The notes: generated by a model not told the origin, from the letters alone. Positions 9,020 through 19,474 are shown, counted from the stretch's first letter. The stretch: DNA of 33,186 nucleotides from an uncultured Bacilli bacterium (GCA_947629075.1 CANRCI010000003.1:1-33186), one strand, 5' to 3'. Numbers and translations are program-made.

Positions 9020-11435
9020 AGCTATCACCCATCCTTATATCTTCTAATTCAAAATATTCTGAATATATTGGGTATTTCAATTCACCAACGCGGTACTTTT
9101 CACGGAGATTAGTTTCGTATTCGCGGAAGTTAGCATACTCTTTGATACCCCTTCTACAAATTTTAGAGATAAGAAGTGCTAAATCTTCTTCACTAACACC
9201 GATTAAGATAGCCTTTTCAATCTTGTATTTAGCATTTTCTCCAACATATGGATTATGTTTATAAACCAAAGATAGATATTGTAAACACAATTCCAAATTC
9301 TTGGTTCCTTCTTTATCCAAATCTTTAAACAGATTGTATTCGTTAAGAATTTTCTTTAAATAATCGTAAAAAGCACTTTCTTGTAATTTTTCATTTAAAT
9401 CTTCTAGATAGTTTTTTAAGAAAGCATCTTTGGCAAAATAGTTATGAGATCCAAAAATATATCTTGGATAATCTAACCAATTGGAATCAACTAACCCTCT
9501 AACAAAGTTAATTTTTTCTAAAAAGTCTTTCTTATCTTCATATGAAGGAAGAGTATCTTTCTGTTTATAGGCATCTTGTAGGACATAATCAGTTACGAAT
9601 TCTTCGTATTTTTCTTTATCATTTTTAATTATTTTATATAATTTATCAAGTGTATCATAATCTTGTTTCTTCATGACTAAATTCAAGAACAACATAATTG
9701 TCTTTTGTAATTCATATTTTTCTAAGTTACCTAGTTGTGGATAATATTTTGTTTTAGATACCAAAGATAAAATGTTATGGTAATCCAATTCACGTAACTC
9801 ACGCTCGAAGGTTGCCTGATTCATTCTGATCGTCCATGTTTCCATCGCGTCATTTTTATGTAATTTAAAAGTATACTCATCATTTAAACCGATAACTATA
9901 TGACTTTCCTTACGTAACTTAGTACCGTTTTCCATATATATATTCGGAGCAGATTTAACAATTAAATCGACACGGTTATGAGTTAAATCGTGAACTAAAA
10001 ACTTAATTTTATCTATTTTTATCTCTTTACCAGGAATTAGACTATAATCATTCAATTCGATTTCAGGGACTTGAATAATGCCAAATGAATCATTTAATTC
10101 ATAATATGGCAAGTGTTCAACAACTAATTTCTGATGATCATTTAAATTTACAACAAAGTTTTCAAAAGTATTGGTAATAGAACTCAATATATCACTTGGA
10201 TAGTAAACAGCTTCTTTCTCGTCAGTTTTTTCTGTGGCTACTTCAATGTCCTCTTCTTCAAAGGTTTTAACTTTTTGGACAACAGGTTGTAATTTTGGTT
10301 TAAAGATGATAATCTTACCATCTTCTTCAGGAACAACTTCTTCTTCATTTAACTTTTCAATTTCCTGTTCAATTAAATTCATTAACTCATCTAATTGCTT
10401 GCGATCGAGATTGTTATCTTTTACTTGGACATTAGGTAGTTTTTGACTATTATTAGATAAATCTAAGAATTCAATCTCTCTGTCAGATTGTTCAATTTTC
10501 TCTAACTTGGCATTTATTTCATCAGTCAACTTTTCTAATTCTTCATTATCTAGAACTTTGTCAACATTTGGATTCTCTGACTCGTAATGAGTCTCTTCAT
10601 CTTTTACTTCTTCTTTTTCTATTTCATCAGATGATTCTTTAACAATGCCCGCACTCAATCTTTCAATTTGACGATCGATATTATCCAAAACTTTATCGAC
10701 ATCAACTTTTTCCTCTTCGACTGGAACCTCAAGCTTTTCTTCTTTAACCGGAATTTCTTCAAATAAGTTTTCTTCATTCGTAGATTGGGTATCTTCTTCT
10801 ACTTTTTCTGAAGTAACTTCTATAGTCTTATCCTCCTCTGGAACATAACCAAACACCTCATCTAGAGAGACAAAACTATTTCCATCATGATCCATAAATT
10901 TATTTTCAAACGGACTAAAAGTAATGTAATCTTCACCTTTAAAAAGAGGAATTAACCCTTTCTTTTTAAATTTTTTACCTTCGATTATTTCTCGATGTGA
11001 TAAAAAATTAACTTGTTTATCAGTAATAAAACATCCATTTGAAGTATAAGATAAAAGCTTCTTCAAATCTTCTTTGACAACGATTCCATAAAAATTCTCT
11101 ACTTGTTCAACATAATAGTTATTAATAGCAATATCTGTTAAGGCATCGTGAACTTCACTATAAGTTAGATTTAAAAGCTCATCTTTAATACGCTTAATCA
11201 ATTCGATATCATCAGTCTTTATATCTTCTTCGACTAGAATAGCAAAAGAAGTACTAGTATCATCAAATTCACTACTTACAAACCAAGATTTTATTTTTTC
11301 TAACTTTTCACTAGGGATTACAAAGTCTGTTGTGCAATTATCCGTCTCAAAAACTAATACACGTCTTTCTTTTGTTACATAAATCTTTTCATTTTCTAAT
11401 TGAATCAACAATAAAAAGTTCTTACTACCGTCCAT
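9012..11435 (-). CDS. Large acidic hypothetical protein with a possible degenerate SMI1/KNR4 (SUKH)-like segment
   Basis: 807-aa ORF with RBS GGGAGG. Residues ~104-195 read VEQVENFYGIVVKEDLKKLLSYTSNG...FLS..EI...GLIPLF...SLDEVF, followed by a Glu-rich linker. Confidence 0.6.
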   Translation of the reverse strand: MDGSKNFLLLIQLENEKIYVTKERRVLVFETDNCTTDFVIPSEKLEKIKSWFVSSEFDDTSTSFAILVEEDIKTDDIELIKRIKDELLNLTYSEVHDALTDIAINNYYVEQVENFYGIVVKEDLKKLLSYTSNGCFITDKQVNFLSHREIIEGKKFKKKGLIPLFKGEDYITFSPFENKFMDHDGNSFVSLDEVFGYVPEEDKTIEVTSEKVEEDTQSTNEENLFEEIPVKEEKLEVPVEEEKVDVDKVLDNIDRQIERLSAGIVKESSDEIEKEEVKDEETHYESENPNVDKVLDNEELEKLTDEINAKLEKIEQSDREIEFLDLSNNSQKLPNVQVKDNNLDRKQLDELMNLIEQEIEKLNEEEVVPEEDGKIIIFKPKLQPVVQKVKTFEEEDIEVATEKTDEKEAVYYPSDILSSITNTFENFVVNLNDHQKLVVEHLPYYELNDSFGIIQVPEIELNDYSLIPGKEIKIDKIKFLVHDLTHNRVDLIVKSAPNIYMENGTKLRKESHIVIGLNDEYTFKLHKNDAMETWTIRMNQATFERELRELDYHNILSLVSKTKYYPQLGNLEKYELQKTIMLFLNLVMKKQDYDTLDKLYKIIKNDKEKYEEFVTDYVLQDAYKQKDTLPSYEDKKDFLEKINFVRGLVDSNWLDYPRYIFGSHNYFAKDAFLKNYLEDLNEKLQESAFYDYLKKILNEYNLFKDLDKEGTKNLELCLQYLSLVYKHNPYVGENAKYKIEKAILIGVSEEDLALLISKICRRGIKEYANFREYETNLREKYRVGELKYPIYSEYFELEDIRMGDSYE

Positions 11436-11573
11436 TTTATGTCCTCCCTTTTTATTCTCCCCTATTTTCAGATATAATAATTATACAATAACATTAGCAA
11501 ATTTTCTATAGATTATTAAAACAAATTCAAAAAAATTAAAATTATCGATTATTAAAAGAGAACTAAATAAATA

Positions 11574-12200
11574 TTAGTTCTCTTTCTTAGTAAACATCTC
11601 TTTCCCAACACCACATATTGGACACTTGAAGTCATCGGGAAGTTCTCCTTCATAGACATAACCACAAACGCTGCAGACATATGAAGTTGATGATTTCTTT
11701 TCTTCAATGTAGGTTGGAGCACTCTTTGGAGCTGTTCCCTTAATGACATCGTGATAGTATTTATAAGTCATCGGTTCATTATCAGTTAATTTGGCACAGG
11801 CTTTAACACGAGCTTTAAAAATATCATGCGTCTCACAATCGATAACTTCTAATAATTCACAGATAAAATATCCACAAGTATCCTCTTTTAAGACTGGTAC
11901 ATTTTCGATTTCTTCATAACTAGTATCGTTAAATTTATCAAAATCTCTTGAAGAGTGGAAACCGAAGCGACCAATAAGTTCGGAATTAGTCTTTTCTGAT
12001 AAAACATTAACGGCAAAACGTTTGCTTTTCTTAATCATTTCATCAGTATAATTTTCTTTATTGACACTTATTGTAATAATCGGATTTTCACTAGTTATCT
12101 GGGTAAAAGTATTAATGGTACAACCACTCTTAACCCCTTCAAAACTAGTAGTAACAATATACATGCCATAAGATACATCTCTAAACAAATTCTTATCCAT
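11574..12200 (-). CDS. Flavin reductase-like domain fused to rubredoxin (high-molecular-weight rubredoxin type)
   Basis: Motifs [39 protein letters not shown]. The C-terminus has CSVCGYVY...CPICGV. Confidence 0.9.
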   Translation of the reverse strand: MDKNLFRDVSYGMYIVTTSFEGVKSGCTINTFTQITSENPIITISVNKENYTDEMIKKSKRFAVNVLSEKTNSELIGRFGFHSSRDFDKFNDTSYEEIENVPVLKEDTCGYFICELLEVIDCETHDIFKARVKACAKLTDNEPMTYKYYHDVIKGTAPKSAPTYIEEKKSSTSYVCSVCGYVYEGELPDDFKCPICGVGKEMFTKKEN

Positions 12201-12208
12201 AAAATCTC

Positions 12209-12853
12209 CTATTCATTACACTCTGTGCACATATTCAAAGCTACAAAAACTTCGTCCATGTATTTAGTCAAAGTAGCCTTTAAATCAGTAACTTCATCTT
12301 TCGTCCAGTATTCTTCTGGGCTCTCTTTACCTTTGGTATCTTTTGATGTTTCATAATCGTTACCAATTATTTTTCCATCAACTACAAAGGCAGCATTAGG
12401 AACGTAAATTCTCGGATTTCCTTCTGGATCATATTGTAACTTATCTTTTAATAGTTCAACAATTTTTTTATAAGTATCCGTATTCTTTTCACGATCTTCT
12501 CTAATGTTGTAATAATATATTTTATCAACACCTAGCTCTCTTGCTACTTCGTCGAGATATGGTGCATACGCTTGACACCATTCACATTCTGGAAAACCTA
12601 AGAATACAACCCCAGTACCATTTTCCAAAATTTTAATAATTTCGTCACTTTTCTTATAGACGTACACATTGTTATCAGCCACTTTAGTATACTCTTTTTT
12701 GAACTTTTTAGCTTCTTCACTAATTTCTTCTTTATTATTACCAGTATCTCTTTCTTTCGATTGGTTAGATAAGTAATAAATACCACCAACCACTGATAAT
12801 CCTACTAGCAAAATTCCAATTATAATTATGATTATTCCCGTCTTCTTTTTCAT
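12209..12853 (-). CDS. Membrane-anchored thioredoxin-fold protein
   Basis: N-terminal TM helix, FPECEWC (CxxC) and a YVP cis-Pro-like motif. ATG 12853 follows AGGAG. Confidence 0.75.
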   Translation of the reverse strand: MKKKTGIIIIIIGILLVGLSVVGGIYYLSNQSKERDTGNNKEEISEEAKKFKKEYTKVADNNVYVYKKSDEIIKILENGTGVVFLGFPECEWCQAYAPYLDEVARELGVDKIYYYNIREDREKNTDTYKKIVELLKDKLQYDPEGNPRIYVPNAAFVVDGKIIGNDYETSKDTKGKESPEEYWTKDEVTDLKATLTKYMDEVFVALNMCTECNE

Positions 12854-12893
12854 TTTAATTCTCCTAACTTCTAAATCATTATAGCACAATTTA

Positions 12894-13760
12894 TTATAAC
12901 TTTGCCCATAACATTTTATTATCTTTAAAAATATAACCTATCTCACCATTGGCATTCAGATATGAAAGAAATGCTTTGATCGTATCACCAATTAAGTAAT
13001 ACTGATTTAAATTCATAACCGATTCATAGTGATCAAATAAATATTTAATAATTTCTTCTAGCGTTTTAGGTTCAATACAATATTCACAAATCAAGTTACT
13101 TATCTCATTTATCTTACTGCGGTTAATGGCAATCTTTTCACTGATATCGGATGTTGCTTCACCGTGGGACGGAATGAAAAGTTTACCCTTTAAAGTAGCT
13201 AGAAAATCGAGAGTATTTAAATATTCTTGAACATCATAAATGTAAAACATATGGTATTTATATATAGTATCTATATCTGCTAAAGCATCACCAATAAAAT
13301 AGATGTCATCATCAGTTTTAATACCAATCATATCAAAGCAATGTCCCTTTAAGTCGATTTTTTCTAAACCATTAGGTAATTGTAAGTCTTGACAATTAGA
13401 TGGTTTAGCCATTAAAAATTTATTTCGCAATTCCTTAAGTGGACTTGCTCCATATAATAGACTCGCTTCTAAAAGTGGATGATTAATAATATCTTTTTCA
13501 ATTCCTTCTGAGTAAATCTTACAATTGGTTCGCTTCTCAATTACTTCATTACCACCACAATGATCAGCATGTGAATGAGTATTGATAATTCCTAAAACAT
13601 TCCAATTTTGTTCATCAATAATTTTTAATATTTTCTTACCAGCATCCTTATCATTACCGGAATCGATTAAATAAACATTTTTATCATCAACTAGGTAGAT
13701 ACCAATATTAGTCCTATTTTTTATATAATAAGTTTTATCAGTTAATTTTATAAGTTCCAT
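12894..13760 (-). CDS. MBL-fold metallo-hydrolase
   Basis: Motifs LIDSG, THSHADHCGG, GH, GDA and PSHG. Confidence 0.9.
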   Translation of the reverse strand: MELIKLTDKTYYIKNRTNIGIYLVDDKNVYLIDSGNDKDAGKKILKIIDEQNWNVLGIINTHSHADHCGGNEVIEKRTNCKIYSEGIEKDIINHPLLEASLLYGASPLKELRNKFLMAKPSNCQDLQLPNGLEKIDLKGHCFDMIGIKTDDDIYFIGDALADIDTIYKYHMFYIYDVQEYLNTLDFLATLKGKLFIPSHGEATSDISEKIAINRSKINEISNLICEYCIEPKTLEEIIKYLFDHYESVMNLNQYYLIGDTIKAFLSYLNANGEIGYIFKDNKMLWAKL

Positions 13761-13812
13761 AAATACCTCTTTATATTTATATATTACACTTTTAATCTTT
13801 TAAAGGCAATTA

Positions 13813-13836
13813 AAAAGCTATCAGATGATAGCTTTT
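13813..13836 (-). terminator. Intrinsic terminator
   Basis: AAAAGCTATC-AGAT-GATAGCTTTT perfect inverted repeat after the DUF2207 gene. Confidence 0.7.
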
Positions 13837-13842
13837 ATCTTT

Positions 13843-16002
13843 TTACCAGGAGCTTCCTCCTCCACCACCGGAACCGCCACCGGAGAATCCACCGCCGGAA
13901 AATCCGCCACTAGATCCGCTGAATGATGTAAAGTCATGAGAAGAATTATCACTTGAAGGAGCAACTGCCATAACTGTCTGAACACTACTCATTGTATCGT
14001 TCATAAATCTGTCAAATCGATAATAACTAAACGGATCGTTAGAATAGTACCAATCTGGTGGCTCAATGGCAATACCTTCAAATTTCTTAACCCATTTATT
14101 AGATATTCCTAAAGCATACGTATATGGCAATATATCGTAAAAATATGTTGGATTTTCTGCCACTAATGCTTCTAGGCGATCTTTCTCAGCCGTCTCTAAA
14201 AAGTTGGCAAAACCGCGTACTCTACCAAGTATCCTACTTCCATATTCAGTTCGCTGTGGCATAATACCTGCAAAAATTCCTATAATTAGCATTGAAATAA
14301 TACCAACTACACTGACAATAAAGTACTGACCACCAATGTATTGATAAGCTAAATCAGATCCAAAGCTTCCCCACCTAATAACTAAGATTCCTAAAAGAAG
14401 GTAATACCAAAATTTACTAAACTTGGTTGACAAATTATTACTTGCACTAATTATAAACATAAAAATTAGTAACAGAGTTGTCATATACAACATGCTTGGG
14501 AAACTATCCGGTAAATAAAATATGGCTTGTCGTGCTAAGGTTATAAAGAATATCACAACCATGAATATGAAAGCTAATGTTCTTTTAGAACTAGACTTTT
14601 TATTGTATATTTTATACTTCATATCAGTTTTTTCATTAGATTCAATAATATTAATCGTCTGATAAAAATTATATTTTAATTCATCCAAAACGATTGATTC
14701 ACCAACTTCTCTACTGACAAACAAATTGTCAAAAAAAGTCTTTTCGTTTTTGTTATCACCATCGTATTCTTTAAGTTTGGTAAAACGTATCTGTAAACTT
14801 TCGTTATTTTTTATTTTCTTCAATTCTTTTTTATTAAATTCATAACCAACTGGTTTATCTAACATTTCCCAGAATTTTTTTATATCTTTTAAATTTCTTG
14901 TTTGATAAGCTGCATCAAAAATGCTTTCTTCCTTGATTTTTTGGTCTAACTTATTCAACTCTTCTTTTACTACCTTTGAATATTCGGCAGTCATGACCGG
15001 ATGATCTTCATCGATACCAGAATCATCTATTTTAATATATCCTTTATCAGCTAAATATATAAGTAATGATAAAACTGCTGACGTGTTAGCACTGTTGTGA
15101 TAGATATAGCCAACATCCAAACTGTTAAGTCCCTCTGGTGGATAAAATTCAACTGTTTCTACTATATCGGAATCACGTCCATGTTTATGCCATAGATAAA
15201 CGGTAAAACCAGCTAGTGCAATCGAAATGATTATTGAAAGATAATCGAAAATTCCTAAATGAAATCCAGCTCCGACAAAGTAACCATCTTCTAATTCTAC
15301 TCTAGCTGTTAGAGCGTAACCTGGCAATAAAATTCCATTATATTTACCAGTTACGACTAAATCATTCACTTCATAAACGACATTCTGGGTATTGATCGTA
15401 CCATAACTACCATAAGAAAATCCTAGCTTTGATTCATCGAAGTCTTTGGGAAACGCAATCTCAAAAGTAACATTACCTATTGGAACATCCCACTCATCTC
15501 CGATGATATTATAATAAAATTCGTCGATATCACTCAAAGGATCATTACCAATATTATAAGTATAACTTATTTCATAATTCTTTAGACCAGTTATTGTCTT
15601 ATTGGCATTTCCAATCTGTAAAGTTAGATAGTCATCTGCAAAAGATTTTGTACTTTTTTCATTTACTCGAACGTTGGTAATTCTTGCACGATTGGAATTT
15701 TCCACTGTGGATAACCTCTCGACATTATTTGAAAGTGGTATTGTTCTAATAATACCGTGTTTAGGTTCAAAAAAGTAAGCACTAATCTTTTCAGTAATGT
15801 CATAAGTATTATTTTCGTTTATTTTAATTTTTACGTCATATGCATCGATTACATATTCATATGAAAAATCATTATAAACTTCACTAGGCTTACTAGAACT
15901 AATCGATTTATCATCAACTGCCCAAACCCTATTTGGTAAAATAATTATTACTAATAATAACGCAAAAAGAAAAGAACAAGATTTTTTTAAAATTCTTTTC
16001 AT
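13843..16002 (-). CDS. DUF2207-family membrane protein
   Basis: Signal peptide, HGIIRTIP, YYNIIG..WDVPI, VEFYPPEG, a TM bundle, ILPYTYALG..KW and a Gly/Ser tail ending GGGGGSSW; lies downstream of lemA. Confidence 0.9.
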   Translation of the reverse strand: MKRILKKSCSFLFALLLVIIILPNRVWAVDDKSISSSKPSEVYNDFSYEYVIDAYDVKIKINENNTYDITEKISAYFFEPKHGIIRTIPLSNNVERLSTVENSNRARITNVRVNEKSTKSFADDYLTLQIGNANKTITGLKNYEISYTYNIGNDPLSDIDEFYYNIIGDEWDVPIGNVTFEIAFPKDFDESKLGFSYGSYGTINTQNVVYEVNDLVVTGKYNGILLPGYALTARVELEDGYFVGAGFHLGIFDYLSIIISIALAGFTVYLWHKHGRDSDIVETVEFYPPEGLNSLDVGYIYHNSANTSAVLSLLIYLADKGYIKIDDSGIDEDHPVMTAEYSKVVKEELNKLDQKIKEESIFDAAYQTRNLKDIKKFWEMLDKPVGYEFNKKELKKIKNNESLQIRFTKLKEYDGDNKNEKTFFDNLFVSREVGESIVLDELKYNFYQTINIIESNEKTDMKYKIYNKKSSSKRTLAFIFMVVIFFITLARQAIFYLPDSFPSMLYMTTLLLIFMFIISASNNLSTKFSKFWYYLLLGILVIRWGSFGSDLAYQYIGGQYFIVSVVGIISMLIIGIFAGIMPQRTEYGSRILGRVRGFANFLETAEKDRLEALVAENPTYFYDILPYTYALGISNKWVKKFEGIAIEPPDWYYSNDPFSYYRFDRFMNDTMSSVQTVMAVAPSSDNSSHDFTSFSGSSGGFSGGGFSGGGSGGGGGSSW

Positions 16003-16015
16003 CTTTTCCTCCTAA

Positions 16016-16579
16016 TTAAAACTTAACTTCAACATTATTACGCTCATTAGCTTGAGCTTCAAACATTGGATAATTTTTAAATCCAAACATACCTGCAACG
16101 ATATTACTAGGAAACATTTGAACTTTATCATTCATATTTCTTACTGTTCCATTGTAATATTTTCTAGCGTTAGCAATATCTTCTTCAATTTTAGATAACT
16201 CATCACTTAAATCCATGAAGTTTTGATTAGCTTTTAAATCTGGATAATTTTCAGCAAGAGCCATCAATTTAGTAATACCTTGACTTAATTTGTTATTCAT
16301 ATCAATCTTATCATTGATACTAGCACCATCATAAGCACTATTTCGCAATTCAACAACTTCTTTTAGGGTACTTTTTTCATGTTTAGCATAACCTTTTACA
16401 GTTTCAACTAAATTAGGAATCAAATCCCATCTCTTTTTTAGATATACATCCATTGTTGAAAAACCTTCCTCAACACGGTTTCTCATTCTCACTAAACTGT
16501 TATACGTTCCTAAAACATAAAAAACTAAAATTGCTAATATTACGACAACAATTGCAATAACTATATAAATAGTATTCAT
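16016..16579 (-). CDS. lemA: LemA family protein
   Basis: N-terminal TM; YNSLV..RN, KRWDLIPNLVETVKGYAKHE, AENYPDLKANQNF, ARKYYN, FPSNIVA. Confidence 0.95.
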   Translation of the reverse strand: MNTIYIVIAIVVVILAILVFYVLGTYNSLVRMRNRVEEGFSTMDVYLKKRWDLIPNLVETVKGYAKHEKSTLKEVVELRNSAYDGASINDKIDMNNKLSQGITKLMALAENYPDLKANQNFMDLSDELSKIEEDIANARKYYNGTVRNMNDKVQMFPSNIVAGMFGFKNYPMFEAQANERNNVEVKF

Positions 16580-16744
16580 AATATCCTCCTCTACTAATAT
16601 TCTGAAAAAATTATACCATAAATAAGATTTGTTTTAAATATATTGTTGAGTATTTTTTACTTTTTTAAGTGCCATATTTTATCTCTTAAATTCGTTTTGT
16701 TCGAAGGTTTTAAAACCCATTATTATCATTATGATAATAGTTAT

Positions 16745-16868
16745 AAAAAAATGACACTCAATCGCTAGAATAAGTGCCTAAACAAAATTATTTGGGGTAG
16801 ACATTCAACTTGCAAAAACTGAACATTCCCTTTTTTTATTTTATGTAAGTTTCCTTGACAAATACTTT
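16745..16868 (-). ncRNA. Candidate small structured RNA (unassigned)
   Basis: Three successive hairpins, the last followed by T7. The second and third stems need G-U pairs that form only on the minus strand. Confidence 0.35.
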
Positions 16869-16878
16869 CATAACATAA

Positions 16879-16901
16879 AAGCGACTTTTAAAAAGTCGCT
16901 T
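16879..16901 (-). terminator. Intrinsic terminator
   Basis: AAGCGACTTT/AAAGTCGCTT inverted repeat after the 16916 ORF. Confidence 0.7.
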
Positions 16902-16915
16902 CACTTATTATCTAT

Positions 16916-18106
16916 TTACTTAATTAATAATAGTTTTTTGGTTGTTAAACCTACTAAACTGATTAAACTCATTATTGCCATAGCAATGTAAGCAACAATG
17001 CCATCTCCAGTTTGTGGATTTTCAACATTTTCATCATCTGAAGCTTGTGAATTATCAACAGTTGTATCATCTGAAGTATCTTGGTTATTTAGTTCAGCTT
17101 CCATTTTTTCAGCTTCAGCTTTAGTCATAACAGCGTTGTTTGGACCAACTACTAGATTACCTAGATATGCTTCAGCAGGTTTAGTACCTGTAAAGACTGC
17201 TCCTGCTTTGATTTGAATCTCATCACTAGGATTTTCTTCATTCTCGTAAGCTAGAACTGGGTTTTCATTAGTAGCATTAATTTTAGCACCAGAACTGATT
17301 ACAGCTTTTCCTGTTCCTTTAGTATAACCAGGAGTTTTGTTATCGACGATAACTGCTACACCACCTGGAAATTGTACATCGGCATCACCGATTTGAACGG
17401 GATCAGTTCCTGTTGTTGTAATAGTACCACCAGCTAAATTAACTTCTCCAGCACGAGAAACTATACCAACATAACCAGTAAGATTACCATTAGTGATATT
17501 CAATGTACCAGATTGTGGCATATAAACAACTGCTCCACCAGTAGATTCAATTGTACCACCAGAAATGTTGATAGTTGAATTACCAGAATGTGCACCATTA
17601 CCACTAATAGCGTTTTGAGTAGCTGTGATAGTACCACCTTCAAAATTTAATTTTCCATTGTCACCCCAAAGAGCAACACCAGTATCAGCAATGAAGGTAC
17701 CACCCTTAACTGTAAGAGTACCATTTCCATCTATTGCTAGAGCTTGAGTTATTGAACTTCCCTTACCTGAATAAACAACTTTACCTGTACCTACGCTATC
17801 CTTGATTACTAAAGATCCACCATTGCTAACGGTGATAACAGTATTCCCTTCCTCGTTAGTACGAGTAATTGAACCACCATTTAAATCTAGTGTGATGTTC
17901 TTATTATTTACATCAATCATAGCAGTAGTAGTAATTTTGGCATCTTTTGCTAGCGTAATAGTCTCACAACTATTGATTGCTGCAGTTAGCTCTGTATCAT
18001 TTGCAATGCCAGTACACTTTGGTTCATCAGCATATACATTTGGCATAAAAGCCATACTAACAACAAAAGCAGATACTATACCAAGTAGTAAATTTTTCTT
18101 TTTCAT
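16916..18106 (-). CDS. Secreted, cell-wall-anchored beta-helix/adhesin-like protein with an NPQTG sorting signal
   Basis: Signal peptide ending VYA-D; Gly/Thr/Asn-rich motifs ITLDLNG, ISGGTI, GTLNITNG; acidic linker; then ENPQTGD, a hydrophobic helix and KK. ATG 18106 follows AAAGGA. Confidence 0.8.
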   Translation of the reverse strand: MKKKNLLLGIVSAFVVSMAFMPNVYADEPKCTGIANDTELTAAINSCETITLAKDAKITTTAMIDVNNKNITLDLNGGSITRTNEEGNTVITVSNGGSLVIKDSVGTGKVVYSGKGSSITQALAIDGNGTLTVKGGTFIADTGVALWGDNGKLNFEGGTITATQNAISGNGAHSGNSTINISGGTIESTGGAVVYMPQSGTLNITNGNLTGYVGIVSRAGEVNLAGGTITTTGTDPVQIGDADVQFPGGVAVIVDNKTPGYTKGTGKAVISSGAKINATNENPVLAYENEENPSDEIQIKAGAVFTGTKPAEAYLGNLVVGPNNAVMTKAEAEKMEAELNNQDTSDDTTVDNSQASDDENVENPQTGDGIVAYIAMAIMSLISLVGLTTKKLLLIK

Positions 18107-18259
18107 ATTGTATTTGTTCCTTTCCATTTTATAAATTTGTATTATTAAGATTTTTTCCTCAATGATATTATATATATCAAGTGTTTTAAGGCTTTTTTTA
18201 TTTTACGCCATTTACTTACTGAAATACCAAATCGCAAAATCATCTCAATAATTGCCATC

Positions 18260-18289
18260 TATAATAATGTTTTTAATAGAAAAAGTCAA
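18260..18289 (-). promoter_or_regulatory. SigA-type promoter for the surface protein gene
   Basis: TTGACT-N17-TATTAT on the minus strand. Confidence 0.45.
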
Positions 18290-18355
18290 TACCACTTGCC
18301 TAAAATCAAAAAATCAACCTTATATATCATATTTTTTAGTATATATTCTAATATA

Positions 18356-18385
18356 AAAACAGGTATTATTTTTGATACCTGTTTT
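18356..18385 (-). terminator. Intrinsic terminator
   Basis: AAAACAGGTAT/ATACCTGTTTT inverted repeat. Confidence 0.65.
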
Positions 18386-18406
18386 CTTTTATAAACTATT
18401 TAATTA

Positions 18407-19474
18407 TTAAATTTTTTCATATGTTGCTATATACTTACCTGAAAGAACGCCTGAACCTAACTCATTTGAAACAGCTTTTCTTGAAGATATTAATTCCCAA
18501 CCTACAAATCTATAACCATATTTAGGGGCTGGAGCAGTTACTGTATAGCTAGTAATATCAGCACGTCTACCTATTAATAAAGTAGAAACTTGAGCACCTG
18601 TTCTAGAATTAGTAAATCCTTCACATTTGTTTAAATCACATTCTACTTCAACAAACCAAATGTGTCCACTATCACCACAGTAACTTTCTGTACAATGGAT
18701 TGGCAAACTTTTCTTTGTACTATAGAAATGGAATTCAACTTTTTTCTTTTCAGCTTCTTTTTTTATTTCTTCTTCTTGTTCTTTAGTCTTTTTGTTTATT
18801 TTATCTAAAAGTTCTGGATAATCATTAAGATCATACTTAGGTCCTTGTTCTTCTGATTCTTCTTTTGGCTTTGTAGTTGTATTATTTTTAGTACTAGCTT
18901 GTGATTTATTACTAGTTACATTTGAACTAGATTTAGTAGATTCAGATTCTTTGGTCGATTTAGTAGAAACTGTTTGATTTTGTTTATTTTCATTTTCTTT
19001 TACTTCAGCAGCTTTTTCTTCAATATTTTGTTTATTTTGTTCTTTTTCTTCTACTATTTTACTGGCTGTCTCTACTTTCTTTTCAGCTGATTTTTTTGCT
19101 TCTTCAGCTTTCTCGATTTTTGTTGTTGTAGCATCTATTTTTGCTTGTGCTATTTTTCTTTCTTCAGGTGTTTTGGCTTTCTTTAGTTCAAGGATAGCTT
19201 CTTCTTTCTCTTTAGATGCTTTACTAATCGTTTCTTCTGCTTTTGTTACTTCTTGTTCAGCCTTTTCTTTATCTTCTTTAGCTTCTTTTAATTCTTCTTC
19301 AGCTTGTTCCATTTCTTGATTTATATTTTTTGAATAAGAACTCTTTTGAGTAACTTTAGCAGTATTAATTAGTTGATTATCATACTTAATGTAATTTTTG
19401 GCTAAAACACCTGCACCAGTTACCGCACCAATTGATAGAAAACCTATCATCGTCTTAATTAAAATTTTATTCAT
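18407..19474 (-). CDS. Exported or membrane-anchored coiled-coil protein with a small C-terminal beta domain (InlB B-repeat-like motif)
   Basis: Hydrophobic N-terminus, E/K/A coiled coil, S/T/K linker, and a four-Cys C-terminal domain ending APAPKYGYRFVGWE...YIATYEKI. RBS AAGGAGG. Confidence 0.7.
   Translation of the reverse strand: MNKILIKTMIGFLSIGAVTGAGVLAKNYIKYDNQLINTAKVTQKSSYSKNINQEMEQAEEELKEAKEDKEKAEQEVTKAEETISKASKEKEEAILELKKAKTPEERKIAQAKIDATTTKIEKAEEAKKSAEKKVETASKIVEEKEQNKQNIEEKAAEVKENENKQNQTVSTKSTKESESTKSSSNVTSNKSQASTKNNTTTKPKEESEEQGPKYDLNDYPELLDKINKKTKEQEEEIKKEAEKKKVEFHFYSTKKSLPIHCTESYCGDSGHIWFVEVECDLNKCEGFTNSRTGAQVSTLLIGRRADITSYTVTAPAPKYGYRFVGWELISSRKAVSNELGSGVLSGKYIATYEKI

Noticed and set aside
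11552-11749. Alternative-frame minus-strand ORFs (also 12598..12789)
   Set aside because: Out-of-frame overlaps within genes that have clear motifs; no independent support.
12894-13760. MBL-fold gene considered as a metallo-beta-lactamase
   Set aside because: No signal peptide; the HxHxDH motif is generic to cytoplasmic MBL hydrolases.
16835-16870. 11-codon ORF MKVFVKETYIK within the candidate sRNA, considered as a leader peptide
   Set aside because: No Shine-Dalgarno sequence and no run of regulatory codons.
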